This document shows, in pieces, positions 48,866 through 57,535 of a DNA stretch of 64,000 bases. This DNA is from an uncultured Pseudoruegeria sp. (GTDB taxonomy: Bacteria > Pseudomonadota > Alphaproteobacteria > Rhodobacterales > Rhodobacteraceae). The DNA is taken from NCBI GenBank assembly GCA_947498155.1, contig CANMJD010000007.1, positions 77,703 through 141,702 of the forward strand, read 5' to 3'. Each line of letters opens with the position of its first letter. The stretch's first letter is position 1. Made by a program: the position numbers and the translations under genes. The notes under the pieces are model-generated. The model saw only the letters and a list, made by a program, of their open reading frames with translations, was not told the origin of the DNA and searched no databases.

Positions 48866-49330
48866 ATGGAAACAGCCTTAAACTCGCTGGTAACGACCAA
48901 TATTTTATTACTTTTCATTGCGGTTCTACTCACCGCCCATGTTTTCGGGCGGTATTGGACCACAGTTAAAAAACAAGACCTCAGGGATGAAAGCGACCCT
49001 CTGGCTGGCCCTGAGAAAAATCCGGTCCTTCAGCGCGCCCAATACATTGGTGACTTGTTGCAGCAGGGCGATGATTCAGAGATAGTTCTTTTTGTCATGG
49101 CAGAGCATGCCCTAGCACTGAAAATCGAGGAAATCGAAGAGGCGCTTGTTGAAGGTGATGACGACCGGCTCAGGCAGTTGCTCCGTACGGACCTCGAGGA
49201 TTATGAAGATCGCGAAGGGATTTATGACCCCATATGGGAGATTTTTCGCAAAGGTGGTCGTAAAGTGAAACCTATGAAGGAAACACTCTTACAGAAGCTG
49301 AATGCATTGTTTGGGCTTGGAGGAAAGTAG
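48866..49330 (+). CDS. hypothetical membrane-anchored acidic protein (orphan, AT-richer than its surroundings)
   Basis: AAGGAG RBS 8 nt upstream. One N-terminal TM span (NILLLFIAVLLTAHVF) followed by a charged helical region. I recognise no family. Confidence 0.55.
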   Translation: METALNSLVTTNILLLFIAVLLTAHVFGRYWTTVKKQDLRDESDPLAGPEKNPVLQRAQYIGDLLQQGDDSEIVLFVMAEHALALKIEEIEEALVEGDDDRLRQLLRTDLEDYEDREGIYDPIWEIFRKGGRKVKPMKETLLQKLNALFGLGGK

Positions 49331-49380
49331 ATGTTCTATCTGGTCGTTCCCCGAAATCACCCTATCTTAGGACTGCAATA

Positions 49381-50094
49381 ATGCTCGAAGTCTGCGTCGA
49401 TACCATCGCCAGCGCCAAGGCCGCCGTACGCGGCGGGGCGGGGCGGATAGAGCTTTGCGCGGCCCTCTCAGAGGGCGGGCTTACCCCCTCGGCGGGATTG
49501 ATGCAGGCGGCGGCTGCCTTGCCAGTGCCGGTTTTTGCCATGATCCGGCCTCGCAACGGGTTGTTTGATTTCTCATCCGCCGAAATGCAGATCATGCTTG
49601 AAGACATCGCCGCCGCAAAGGCAGCGGGATTGGACGGTGTTGTCCTAGGGGTGCAAGACACTGACGGCGGGCTGCATATGGCGCATATGGCGCGTCTGAT
49701 GCAGGCCGCTTCAGGGCTGGGCACCACCCTGCATCGGGTGATCGATGTTGTGCCGGACCCACTGTTGGCGATTGATCAGGCAGTAGAATTGGGCATGGAT
49801 CGTGTGCTGACTTCGGGTGGTGCGGCGCGCGCCACCGACGGGCTGGACCTGATCGCACAAATGGTCACTCGCGCCGCCGGACGGCTTTCAATCATGCCCG
49901 GCAGCGGGGTAACGGCGGAAAATGTGACCGAGGTCCTGAAAAGCACCGGCGCAACCGAGGCCCATGCCTCTTGTGCGCGCCCTGTAAAGGGCGATCCGGC
50001 GTTTTCGAATTTCGATCCAGCGGGCGGGCGCAAGGAAACATCTGACGTCGTGGTAAACGAAATGGTCCAAGCGATAGCAGGTGCTTTCGCCTAA
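49381..50094 (+). CDS. cutC: copper homeostasis protein CutC
   Basis: MLEVCVDTIASAKAAVRGGAGRIELCAALSEGGLTPS. Confidence 0.85.
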   Translation: MLEVCVDTIASAKAAVRGGAGRIELCAALSEGGLTPSAGLMQAAAALPVPVFAMIRPRNGLFDFSSAEMQIMLEDIAAAKAAGLDGVVLGVQDTDGGLHMAHMARLMQAASGLGTTLHRVIDVVPDPLLAIDQAVELGMDRVLTSGGAARATDGLDLIAQMVTRAAGRLSIMPGSGVTAENVTEVLKSTGATEAHASCARPVKGDPAFSNFDPAGGRKETSDVVVNEMVQAIAGAFA

Positions 50095-50116
50095 CCCCCA
50101 CAGCCGACATCGTGGA

Positions 50117-50476
50117 CTACTTCAACCAGTCCGACACAATGCCAATGGATTTAACCACCGTATTTGTGTCTTCGGCGATCTCGTAAATCTCATCATCCAA
50201 GCGTATGTATCTATTTCCTTTCCCCGGCGCGGGGAACTTCCATTTATCAAGATCGGTAATGTCATCCCAATCCAGATCGGACGGCAGCTTTTCTCCGCGG
50301 GTATAGCGTTTGATTTGTCCGGGTGGGATGGCTTTGGCTTTCCCGTTCGTTTGGCGTTTAACCTGCCCCGAAGGCACTTTCTTTTTGCCGTTGCCTTTTT
50401 TATCGGCCAACGCGCCACTGCCGAGCAATAGCGAGGTGCTAAATACACCGGCCAACATCCGTCGTCTAGAAATCAT
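50117..50476 (-). CDS. secreted hypothetical protein, possibly RcnB-like
   Basis: AAGGAGA RBS. Signal peptide MISRRRMLAGVFSTSLLLGSGALA, a Lys-rich linker, then YTRGEKLPSDLDWDDI...GNRYIRLDDEIYEI, which resembles RcnB-type periplasmic proteins. Confidence 0.5.
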   Translation of the reverse strand: MISRRRMLAGVFSTSLLLGSGALADKKGNGKKKVPSGQVKRQTNGKAKAIPPGQIKRYTRGEKLPSDLDWDDITDLDKWKFPAPGKGNRYIRLDDEIYEIAEDTNTVVKSIGIVSDWLK

Positions 50477-50553
50477 AACTGGTCTCCTTTTCCTGGAGGT
50501 CCAGTCAACAGCAGCGCCGTTGCGGAGTCAAACAGAGGACGCAGAAGGGCCAG

Positions 50554-51117
50554 TTAACGCTTCTTCACAAATTCCGTGAGGATCACTATGCGCTGGCCCT
50601 CGACACGGCCTTCGATATGGCCTGCATTGTCAGCAACAAGCCCGATGCCTCGCACCGCAGTGCCCCGTTTGGCGGTAAAGCCTGCGCCCTTGACCGGCAG
50701 GTCTTTGATCAAGGTGACCGTATCCCCTGCCGAAAGCACGGCACCATTGCTGTCGCGATGCACCACAGCGGGCACTGTCGCACCGGCCTGCGCCCAGACC
50801 AGACGGTCCTCTTCCAGATAGAGCATATCAAGCAAGTCACGCGCCCAATCCTGTGCCTTCAGCCGGTCCAGCATCCGCCACGAGAGCACCTGCACCGGTG
50901 CGTGTTCGCTCCACATCGACGAAGACAGCCCGCGCCAGTGGTTGGGATCGGCTTCGGTGCCGTCCAGTTGATCAACGCAGGTTGCACAGAGCAACGCCGC
51001 CTGTTCAGCGGTGCCATCGGCATCCGGCCCAACCCCATAGGCGCGTAAGGTATCAGTGCTGCCACACAGCTCGCAAACGCCATCGGCGCGAACGGTGAGA
51101 GTATCAATCAAGGACAT
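50554..51117 (-). CDS. phnA: PhnA-family zinc-ribbon protein (long form)
   Basis: ATG 51117 (track start 51198). CELCGS...CATC zinc ribbon and the C-terminal PhnA domain DSNGAVLSAGDTVTLIKDLPVKGAGFTAKRGT. Confidence 0.75.
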   Translation of the reverse strand: MSLIDTLTVRADGVCELCGSTDTLRAYGVGPDADGTAEQAALLCATCVDQLDGTEADPNHWRGLSSSMWSEHAPVQVLSWRMLDRLKAQDWARDLLDMLYLEEDRLVWAQAGATVPAVVHRDSNGAVLSAGDTVTLIKDLPVKGAGFTAKRGTAVRGIGLVADNAGHIEGRVEGQRIVILTEFVKKR

Positions 51118-51258
51118 AAGCAGGGCTCCGGTTACTGGGTCTTCCCCGTAAACCGAACGTCGTTGGCGGAAAAGCAAAATAGGACGACCCACCGGCATAA
51201 AGCGGATTTTTGCGATGCATATTTGTCAGGGAGGAGTATTCGGCGAGGAATAACAGCA

Positions 51259-51333
51259 TGGTACTCCGTAGGGGAATCGAACCCCTCTTTTCAGGTTGAA
51301 AACCTGACGTCCTAACCGATAGACGAACGGAGC
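51259..51333 (-). tRNA. tRNA-Glu (anticodon UUC), identical inverted copy
   Basis: Its reverse complement is identical at 75 of 75 positions to 37887-37961 by manual alignment. Confidence 0.95.
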
Positions 51334-51351
51334 AGCCTTGCTGTGAAGCGC

Positions 51352-51380
51352 CTTTTAGGGAAAGCCTGCACCAGACGCAA
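51352..51380 (-). promoter_or_regulatory. putative promoter of tRNA-Glu copy 2 (TTGCGT-N17-TAAAAG)
   Basis: Same hexamer layout and spacing as at copy 1, and the same CACAGCAAGGCT leader. Confidence 0.5.
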
Positions 51381-51462
51381 GTGGGTCGGGCGCAGTTTTT
51401 CACCTAATCATAATAAAAAGAATCTGCGTCCTGCACCGCTGTCAGAATTGGCAACGGTACTG

Positions 51463-51621
51463 TCAGGGGCGCAGCTCTGCCATCGCCTGATGCGCGGCCT
51501 CGGGACAGGAAGCCACTCTTAAGGCCGAGCAGTCCGCCGTCGTTTCGGCGTCGGCGGCGGCCAGATAGGTCAACACCAACAGCCCCACCAGAGTGATTAC
51601 AACACGATGACTGGGTTTCAT
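51463..51621 (-). CDS. possible small secreted peptide
   Basis: MKPSHRVVITLVGLLVLTYLAAADA signal-like N-terminus followed by a two-Cys tail. Weak RBS. Low confidence. Confidence 0.25.
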   Translation of the reverse strand: MKPSHRVVITLVGLLVLTYLAAADAETTADCSALRVASCPEAAHQAMAELRP

Positions 51622-51703
51622 TTCACGTCTCACTAACTTAATCGATTTTTGCACAATGTCTTATGACTATTCGATTTTGCGTGATCTGAACGTTAGTCAG
51701 ACG

Positions 51704-52846
51704 CTAGCCAACCTGCCGTCCCCGTGACCAGACGCCATGGATGAGCGGCACGTCACCACTTATGCGAAAGCGCACAAGATCGGCCCGCAATCCTTCGGCG
51801 ATCTGACCCCGATCCTGCAAGGCCACGGCCTTGGCTGGCGCTGCGGTCACGGTGGCAATGGCACGAGGCATATCGCCCCAAATCTCTCCCAGCCGGATCG
51901 CGGCGAGAAACAGCGACGCAGGCACATAATCAGACGACAGGATATCCAAAAGCCCCAAACCGGCCAGTGTTTCGGCGGCGACATTGCCCGAATGCGATCC
52001 CCCGCGGATCAAATTGGGAGCGCCCATCATCACCGCAATCCCCTGTGCGCGACAGGCTTCTGCTGCCTCTACTGTTGTCGGGAATTCGGCAAGGCGAATG
52101 CCATAGTCGGCCGATGTGTTTACATGTGCCGTGGTGGTATCATCATGGCTTGCCAGCACCGCGCCGAAACGTTGGGCCTCTGTGACGGCGACCTTTTCAT
52201 GGGCCTCGCCATAACGCGCCCGCAGATCATAGAGGTTCTGGATATGGGCCTCAAAATCAGCGGTCGACATCGGGTTTTTCCCCATCACATAGCGCTCGAA
52301 TTTCTCAAGATCGCGGAACTGGCGCTGACCGGGGGTGTGATCCATGATGCTGACGATGCCAACCCGATCTTCGGGTGTAAACGCGGCCAGTTCCTCGGCC
52401 AGCGTTTCAGAGCAAACTTCGGCGCGCAAATGCAGAAAATGGCTGATCTTGAGGGCGTCATTCTCGCGCAGGGCCCAGAGCTCACTGGCCAGTTGACGAG
52501 CATATTGGCCATAACGCGATTTGCCCGACAGGATGGACCCCACCCGCATCGCATCAAAAACCGTGGTGATCCCCGTGCCCGCCAGCTCGGCATCATGGGC
52601 CACAATCGCTGCGGCATGAGGCCAGTCGACCTTGGGACGCGGCTGGATATGGCGTTCCAGATTATCGGTATGCAGTTCAATCAGCCCCGGGCAGATGTAA
52701 TCGCCCTCGCAATCGATGGCGCCTTTCGGGACGGCTGCCCCCGAATTGATCGCGGTGATGAAACCATCCTCTATTTGCAGACCTCCCGTCACAGTTTCGC
52801 GGGGCAGGATAAGCTTGGCGTTGGCGAGCGTAATACTATGTGTCAT
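51704..52846 (-). CDS. phnM: alpha-D-ribose 1-methylphosphonate 5-triphosphate diphosphatase
   Basis: ATG 52846 (track start 52870). PGLIELHTDNLERH and HDDTT amidohydrolase motifs of PhnM. Confidence 0.85.
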   Translation of the reverse strand: MTHSITLANAKLILPRETVTGGLQIEDGFITAINSGAAVPKGAIDCEGDYICPGLIELHTDNLERHIQPRPKVDWPHAAAIVAHDAELAGTGITTVFDAMRVGSILSGKSRYGQYARQLASELWALRENDALKISHFLHLRAEVCSETLAEELAAFTPEDRVGIVSIMDHTPGQRQFRDLEKFERYVMGKNPMSTADFEAHIQNLYDLRARYGEAHEKVAVTEAQRFGAVLASHDDTTTAHVNTSADYGIRLAEFPTTVEAAEACRAQGIAVMMGAPNLIRGGSHSGNVAAETLAGLGLLDILSSDYVPASLFLAAIRLGEIWGDMPRAIATVTAAPAKAVALQDRGQIAEGLRADLVRFRISGDVPLIHGVWSRGRQVG

Positions 52847-52896
52847 TGCTGTGTCACGTTTCTTTGGCAAAGGAGCGGCAAAAGGAAGAGGCCGTT

Positions 52897-53583
52897 ATGC
52901 AATATCGTCGATATGCGATTTACTACACGCCGGACGCAGGTCCATTGGCGCAATTCGGGGCGAGCTGGCTGGGCTGGGATCCGGTGGCGGGGCAAACTGT
53001 ACCGCACCCACCGACTTTGGGCCTGCCTCATTCGGTTAAAACGCTGACCGATGTGCCGCGCAAATACGGTCTGCATGGCACGCTTAAGCCGCCGTTTTTC
53101 ATGGCCGAAGGGCAGGATGTCGACGGATTGCACGGGGCGATTTCCACCCTTGCGCTGGATGCTGCACCGGTCTGGATTGATGCGCTGAAGCTGCAGCGTC
53201 TGGGGGGCTTTGTCGCCCTTGTGCCGGTTGGCGATCAAAGCGATCTGGTCAATCTGGCGGCCCGCATCGTCATGGAGCTTGACGCGTTTCGCGCCCCGCC
53301 AAGTGACGCAGAACTGGCCCGTCGCCGCAAAAACCCGCTGTCGCCCGCCCAAGAGGACATGCTGGCGCAGTGGGGCTATCCCTATGTGCTGGACGAATTC
53401 CGCTTTCATCTGACCTTGACCGGCGCGCTGCAAGAAGCCGAGGCAGAGGCTGTTCTGGCGGCCTTGCACCCGATTGTCGACCCGCTGTTGCCGGTGCCGT
53501 TTCTGATCACTTCCCTGACCCTGTTGGGCGAGGATGAAGACGGGATGTTTCACGAAATCCAACGCTACGCCCTTACCGGATAA
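52897..53583 (+). CDS. DUF1045 / 2H-phosphoesterase-like phosphonate metabolism protein
   Basis: ATG 52897 preceded by GGAAGAGG. MQYRRYAIYYTPDAGPLAQFGASWLGWD...LHGTLKPPF...FHLTLT (two H-x-T-type motifs). Confidence 0.75.
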   Translation: MQYRRYAIYYTPDAGPLAQFGASWLGWDPVAGQTVPHPPTLGLPHSVKTLTDVPRKYGLHGTLKPPFFMAEGQDVDGLHGAISTLALDAAPVWIDALKLQRLGGFVALVPVGDQSDLVNLAARIVMELDAFRAPPSDAELARRRKNPLSPAQEDMLAQWGYPYVLDEFRFHLTLTGALQEAEAEAVLAALHPIVDPLLPVPFLITSLTLLGEDEDGMFHEIQRYALTG

Positions 53584-54113
53584 AGGATCGAGATCGCCTC
53601 GGATACCGTTTGCGGCAGGGGCGAGTCATTCTCGATCTGGTGGACGTGGCGCAGCCCGTCGGGCAATGGCGCTGCCGCGCGGGTCAGCCGTTTGGCAATC
53701 TGGTCGCTATCTTCACGCCCGCGTGCCTGCAGCCTTAGGGCCAGCGTTTCCGGACGTGCAGTCAGGTTCAGCACAATCAGCGTTTCAAACCGCGCCTGCG
53801 CCACCGATAGCATCGCCCGAGAGAGGTTCACCAGACAATCCTGCCCGCCTGACAAGCGTGCCGCGATGGATGCAGGAATGCCATAACTCAGCCCATGAGC
53901 CTGCCAGTGCAGGGCAAATTCCCCCTGCGCAACCCGCGCGGTAAATTCGGCCTCGCTGACCCCTTCAAAGGCCTCTCCCCCTGACGAACTGGGTCGCGAG
54001 ATAACCCGGCGCACCAGATGCAAGTCGGGCCGCGCTTCTTTCATCGCTTCCATAACGCTGTCCTTGCCCACCCCAGAGGGTCCGACAACGGCGATCAGCC
54101 GACCTTCTGTCAT
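53565..54113 (-). CDS. phnN: ribose 1,5-bisphosphokinase
   Basis: VVGPSGVGKDS P-loop, guanylate-kinase-like, within the phn operon. Confidence 0.85.
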   Translation of the reverse strand: MTEGRLIAVVGPSGVGKDSVMEAMKEARPDLHLVRRVISRPSSSGGEAFEGVSEAEFTARVAQGEFALHWQAHGLSYGIPASIAARLSGGQDCLVNLSRAMLSVAQARFETLIVLNLTARPETLALRLQARGREDSDQIAKRLTRAAAPLPDGLRHVHQIENDSPLPQTVSEAISILYPVRA

Positions 54114-54793
54114 TGCAGCGCCTGCGCCGATTGGCCGATTTCAATGCTGCGATCACAAACCCGATCCCGCGCATCCAGATCGTGGAAAATCCCGACAATG
54201 GCCGCGCCGCGCGCTTTGGCATCGGTGATCAGCGACAGCACCACTTCGCGGTTGGCCGCATCAAGGCTGGCCGTGGGTTCGTCCAGCAACAAAACCGGAT
54301 AAGGGTGGATGAAACCGCGGGCAATATTGACCCGCTGTTGCTCGCCGCCGGAAAAAGTCGTGGGCGACAGCGACCAGAGCCGTTGCGGAATATTTAGACG
54401 GTTCAGCAGGATTTTGGCCTGTTCGCGGGCCTGCGCCCCATCCTGGCCAAGCGCCAGCAAGGGTTCGGCCACCACATCCACCGTCGAGACCCGAGGCACC
54501 ACCCGCAGAAACTGGCTAACATAACCCAGCCGGTCGCGGCGCAGGGCCAGAATGTCACGCGGCTCGGCAGAGGCCACATCCACACCAGCCACCATAATGC
54601 GGCCCGCGTTCGTCAGGTAATTGCCGTAAATCATCCGCATCAGAGTGGATTTTCCCGCTCCGGACGCGCCGGTCAGAGCCACGCATTCACCGGCCGCGAC
54701 CGACAAATTCGCTTCTTGCATCACCGAAATTTCGGCCCCGCCCTGATTGTGCAAGGTGAACTGTTTGCTGACCTGTTCGATCTCTATCATCAT
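54110..54793 (-). CDS. phnL: C-P lyase system ATP-binding protein PhnL
   Basis: GASGAGKST Walker A, FSGGEQQRVNI signature, and its position after phnK. Confidence 0.85.
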   Translation of the reverse strand: MMIEIEQVSKQFTLHNQGGAEISVMQEANLSVAAGECVALTGASGAGKSTLMRMIYGNYLTNAGRIMVAGVDVASAEPRDILALRRDRLGYVSQFLRVVPRVSTVDVVAEPLLALGQDGAQAREQAKILLNRLNIPQRLWSLSPTTFSGGEQQRVNIARGFIHPYPVLLLDEPTASLDAANREVVLSLITDAKARGAAIVGIFHDLDARDRVCDRSIEIGQSAQALQ

Positions 54794-54801
54794 CGCGTTC
54801 C

Positions 54802-55572
54802 TTATACCTGCAACACGCTGGAAACGAGCAACTGCGTATAGGCATGTTGCGGATCATCCAGCACTTGGTCGGTCAAACCGGCCTCGACCACATGGCCGTC
54901 CTTCATCACCATCAGCCGGTCCGCCAACAGCCGCACCACGGCCAGATCATGGGTGACGATAATCGCCGACAGCCCCATTTCGCGCACCAAGCCACGCAGT
55001 AGATCCAAAAGCCGCGCCTGCACACTGACGTCGAGCCCGCCGGTGGGTTCATCCATGAAAACCAAACGCGGACCGGTCACCAGATTGCGCGCGATCTGCA
55101 GCCGCTGTTGCATCCCGCCGGAAAAGGCCGACGGGCGATCATCGACGCGGCTTTCGTCAATTTCAACACGTCCCAGCCAGTCCACTGCGGTTTCACGGAT
55201 GTCCCCGTAATGGCGCGCGCCGACCGCCATCAGCCGTTCGCCAACATTGCCGCCCGCTGACACCGACATGCGCAGCCCGTCGCGGGCGTGCTGATGCACA
55301 AAAGCCCAATCGGTGCGCGACAGCATCCGGCGTTCGGGCTCTGACATGGTGACCGTATCGACCAGGCCGTTAACCCGCGTATCAAATTTCACCGCCCCGC
55401 GATCTGGCGGCAAGTGACCCGCCAGACAATTCAGCAACGTTGACTTGCCCGAGCCGGATTCCCCGACAATGCCCATGACCTCGCCCGGATAGAGATCAAA
55501 GCTCACGTTCTCACAGCCCACACGAGCGCCGTAGAATTTGGCGATATCGTTGACTTGCAGCAAAGGCGTCAT
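54802..55572 (-). CDS. phnK: C-P lyase system ATP-binding protein PhnK
   Basis: ATG 55572 gives an ATGA overlap with phnJ (track start 55638). GESGSGKST Walker A and FSGGMQQRLQI signature. Confidence 0.85.
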   Translation of the reverse strand: MTPLLQVNDIAKFYGARVGCENVSFDLYPGEVMGIVGESGSGKSTLLNCLAGHLPPDRGAVKFDTRVNGLVDTVTMSEPERRMLSRTDWAFVHQHARDGLRMSVSAGGNVGERLMAVGARHYGDIRETAVDWLGRVEIDESRVDDRPSAFSGGMQQRLQIARNLVTGPRLVFMDEPTGGLDVSVQARLLDLLRGLVREMGLSAIIVTHDLAVVRLLADRLMVMKDGHVVEAGLTDQVLDDPQHAYTQLLVSSVLQV

Positions 55573-56441
55573 AATGCGGCCTCCGGTTGGGGGGCGGCCA
55601 GCGCCCCGAGATGACCGGCATCGCGCCGTTTCATACAATAATCGGTATCAGAGCAGACAAACATGCGCCCGCCCTGATCATCCAGAATGACCTCATCCAG
55701 ATACGAGCTTTCCGAGGCGCAAAGATCACAGGCATGATCGGCTTTGCTGGCTTCAAACGGATAGTCTTCGAAATCAAGGCTGACCACCTGAGTATAGGGC
55801 GGCAGGGCATATATCCGTTGTTCGCGCCCCGCGCCGAACAATTGAATTGCCGCCATTTCCAGTTTCGGATTGTCAAATTTCGGAATCGGTGACGGGTCCA
55901 TCACATAGCGCCCTTCGACCTTGACCGGATAGGCATAGGCCGTGGCAATCGCACCGTTCTGGCTGATGTCTTCATAGAGCTTCACATGCATCAAGCCGTA
56001 TTCTTCCAGACTGTGCATCTTGCGGGTTTCTGTTTCGCGGGGTTCCAGAAACCGCAGAGGCTCGGGAATCGGCACCTGATAGACGATGATCTGATCTTCA
56101 GTCAGGGCGGCCTCGGGGATGCGGTGGCGGGTCTGGATTACCGAGGCTTCTTCGGTGTGTTCAGTCGTAGCCACGCGGGCGGTGCGTTCAAAGAACTTGC
56201 GGATCGAGACAGCGTTGGTCGTGTCATCCGCCCCCTGATCGATGACTTTGAACCGGTCCTGCGGCACCATAATCGCGGCGGACACCTGTACCCCGCCGGT
56301 ACCCCAGCCATAGGGCATGGGCATTTCGCGGCTGGCAAAAGGCACCTGATAGCCCGGAATCGCCAGCCCTTTCAGAATGGCGCGACGGATCATGCGTTTG
56401 GTTTGCTCGTCCAGATAGGCAAAATTGTAATCGTCCATCAC
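55569..56441 (-). CDS. phnJ: alpha-D-ribose 1-methylphosphonate 5-phosphate C-P lyase
   Basis: FAYLDEQTKRMIRRAILKGLAIPGYQVPF and the C-terminal four-Cys cluster CDLC...CSDTDYC. Confidence 0.95.
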   Translation of the reverse strand: MMDDYNFAYLDEQTKRMIRRAILKGLAIPGYQVPFASREMPMPYGWGTGGVQVSAAIMVPQDRFKVIDQGADDTTNAVSIRKFFERTARVATTEHTEEASVIQTRHRIPEAALTEDQIIVYQVPIPEPLRFLEPRETETRKMHSLEEYGLMHVKLYEDISQNGAIATAYAYPVKVEGRYVMDPSPIPKFDNPKLEMAAIQLFGAGREQRIYALPPYTQVVSLDFEDYPFEASKADHACDLCASESSYLDEVILDDQGGRMFVCSDTDYCMKRRDAGHLGALAAPQPEAAL

Positions 56442-57535
56442 TCTGCGGCCTCCTGCCGTCTTGGGGCGCTTTCAGCCGCCGCGCGCATTTTGCGCACAAG
56501 TTCAAGCTCAGCTTGGAAATCGACGTAATGGGGCAATTTGATATGCTCCAGAAACCCCGTCGCCTGAATATTGTCGGAATGATACAGCACGAATTCCTCG
56601 TCCTGTGCAGGCGCACCCAGATCATCCTCGCCCAGTTCTTTCCAGCGCAGCGCGCGATCCACCAAGGCCATAGAAATCGATTTGCGTTCGTTCTGGCCAA
56701 AGACCAGCCCATAGCCACGGGTAAACTGAGGTGGCTCGGTTTTGGAGCCTTTGAACTGGTTGACGGTTTCGCATTCGGTCAGGGTCATTTCGCCGATTTC
56801 AATGGCAAAGCCCAATTCGGGAATGTCCATTTCCACCGCAACCACGCCGATGCGTAATTCGCCGACAAAGGCGTGGTTGCGCGCATAGCCGCGTTGGGTC
56901 GAATAGGCCATACCAAGCAAAAACCCCTCATCCCCGCGCGTCAGGTTCTGCAAGCGCAGCGCGCGATTGGCCGGAAGCTCCAGCGGTTGGCGGGTCAGAT
57001 CGGGGGGCGTTTCAGTTGCGTTATCAACCTCTTGCTGGATCAGCCCTTCGGTATTGAGAAATTCGGTAATATGGGGCACCGGCCCGTCCTGCGCCTCGCC
57101 TCTTGCGACAGCCTCAGGCTCTTGGCCCTCGGCGGCAAGCTTAAAGTCCAGCAACCGATGGGTGTAGTCAAAAGTTGGCCCCAAGACCTGCCCGCCCGGC
57201 GCATCCTTAAAGGTGGCCGACACACGGCGTTCACAGGACATCGCGCCAGTGTCCACCGGTACTGACACGCCGAACCGTGGCAAGGTCGTGCGATAGGCGC
57301 GGATCAGAAAGATTGCCTCGATCATATCGCCGCGCGCCTGTTTGATCGCCAGCGCGGCCAGATCGGGATCATAAAGCGAGCCTTCAGCCATCACGCGTGT
57401 GACCGCAAGGCTGAGCTGTTCACGGATTTGCGCCACCGAAAGCGCATCCACCGCCAGATCGCCGCGCCGCTCTTCGGCCAGCCACGCATGGGCGTTATCA
57501 ATCGCGCGCTCTCCGCCTTTGACTGCTACATACAT
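56438..57535 (-). CDS. phnI: C-P lyase core complex subunit PhnI
   Basis: MYVAVKGGERAIDNAHAWL... and its position between phnH and phnJ with overlapping stop/start codons. Confidence 0.9.
   Translation of the reverse strand: MYVAVKGGERAIDNAHAWLAEERRGDLAVDALSVAQIREQLSLAVTRVMAEGSLYDPDLAALAIKQARGDMIEAIFLIRAYRTTLPRFGVSVPVDTGAMSCERRVSATFKDAPGGQVLGPTFDYTHRLLDFKLAAEGQEPEAVARGEAQDGPVPHITEFLNTEGLIQQEVDNATETPPDLTRQPLELPANRALRLQNLTRGDEGFLLGMAYSTQRGYARNHAFVGELRIGVVAVEMDIPELGFAIEIGEMTLTECETVNQFKGSKTEPPQFTRGYGLVFGQNERKSISMALVDRALRWKELGEDDLGAPAQDEEFVLYHSDNIQATGFLEHIKLPHYVDFQAELELVRKMRAAAESAPRRQEAAE

Noticed and set aside
37962-51258. The segment between the two tRNA-Glu genes as a horizontally acquired genomic island
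   Set aside because: It has no integrase, transposase or phage genes. It contains core genes (uvrB, cutC). Its composition looks like the rest of the window apart from two small genes. The tRNA copies are complete and inverted rather than forming a direct att-like partial repeat.
51737-53047. 436-aa ORF on the plus strand
   Set aside because: It is antisense to phnM and overlaps the DUF1045 start. It has a shadow-ORF composition (Arg/Gly/His-rich) and no family signature.
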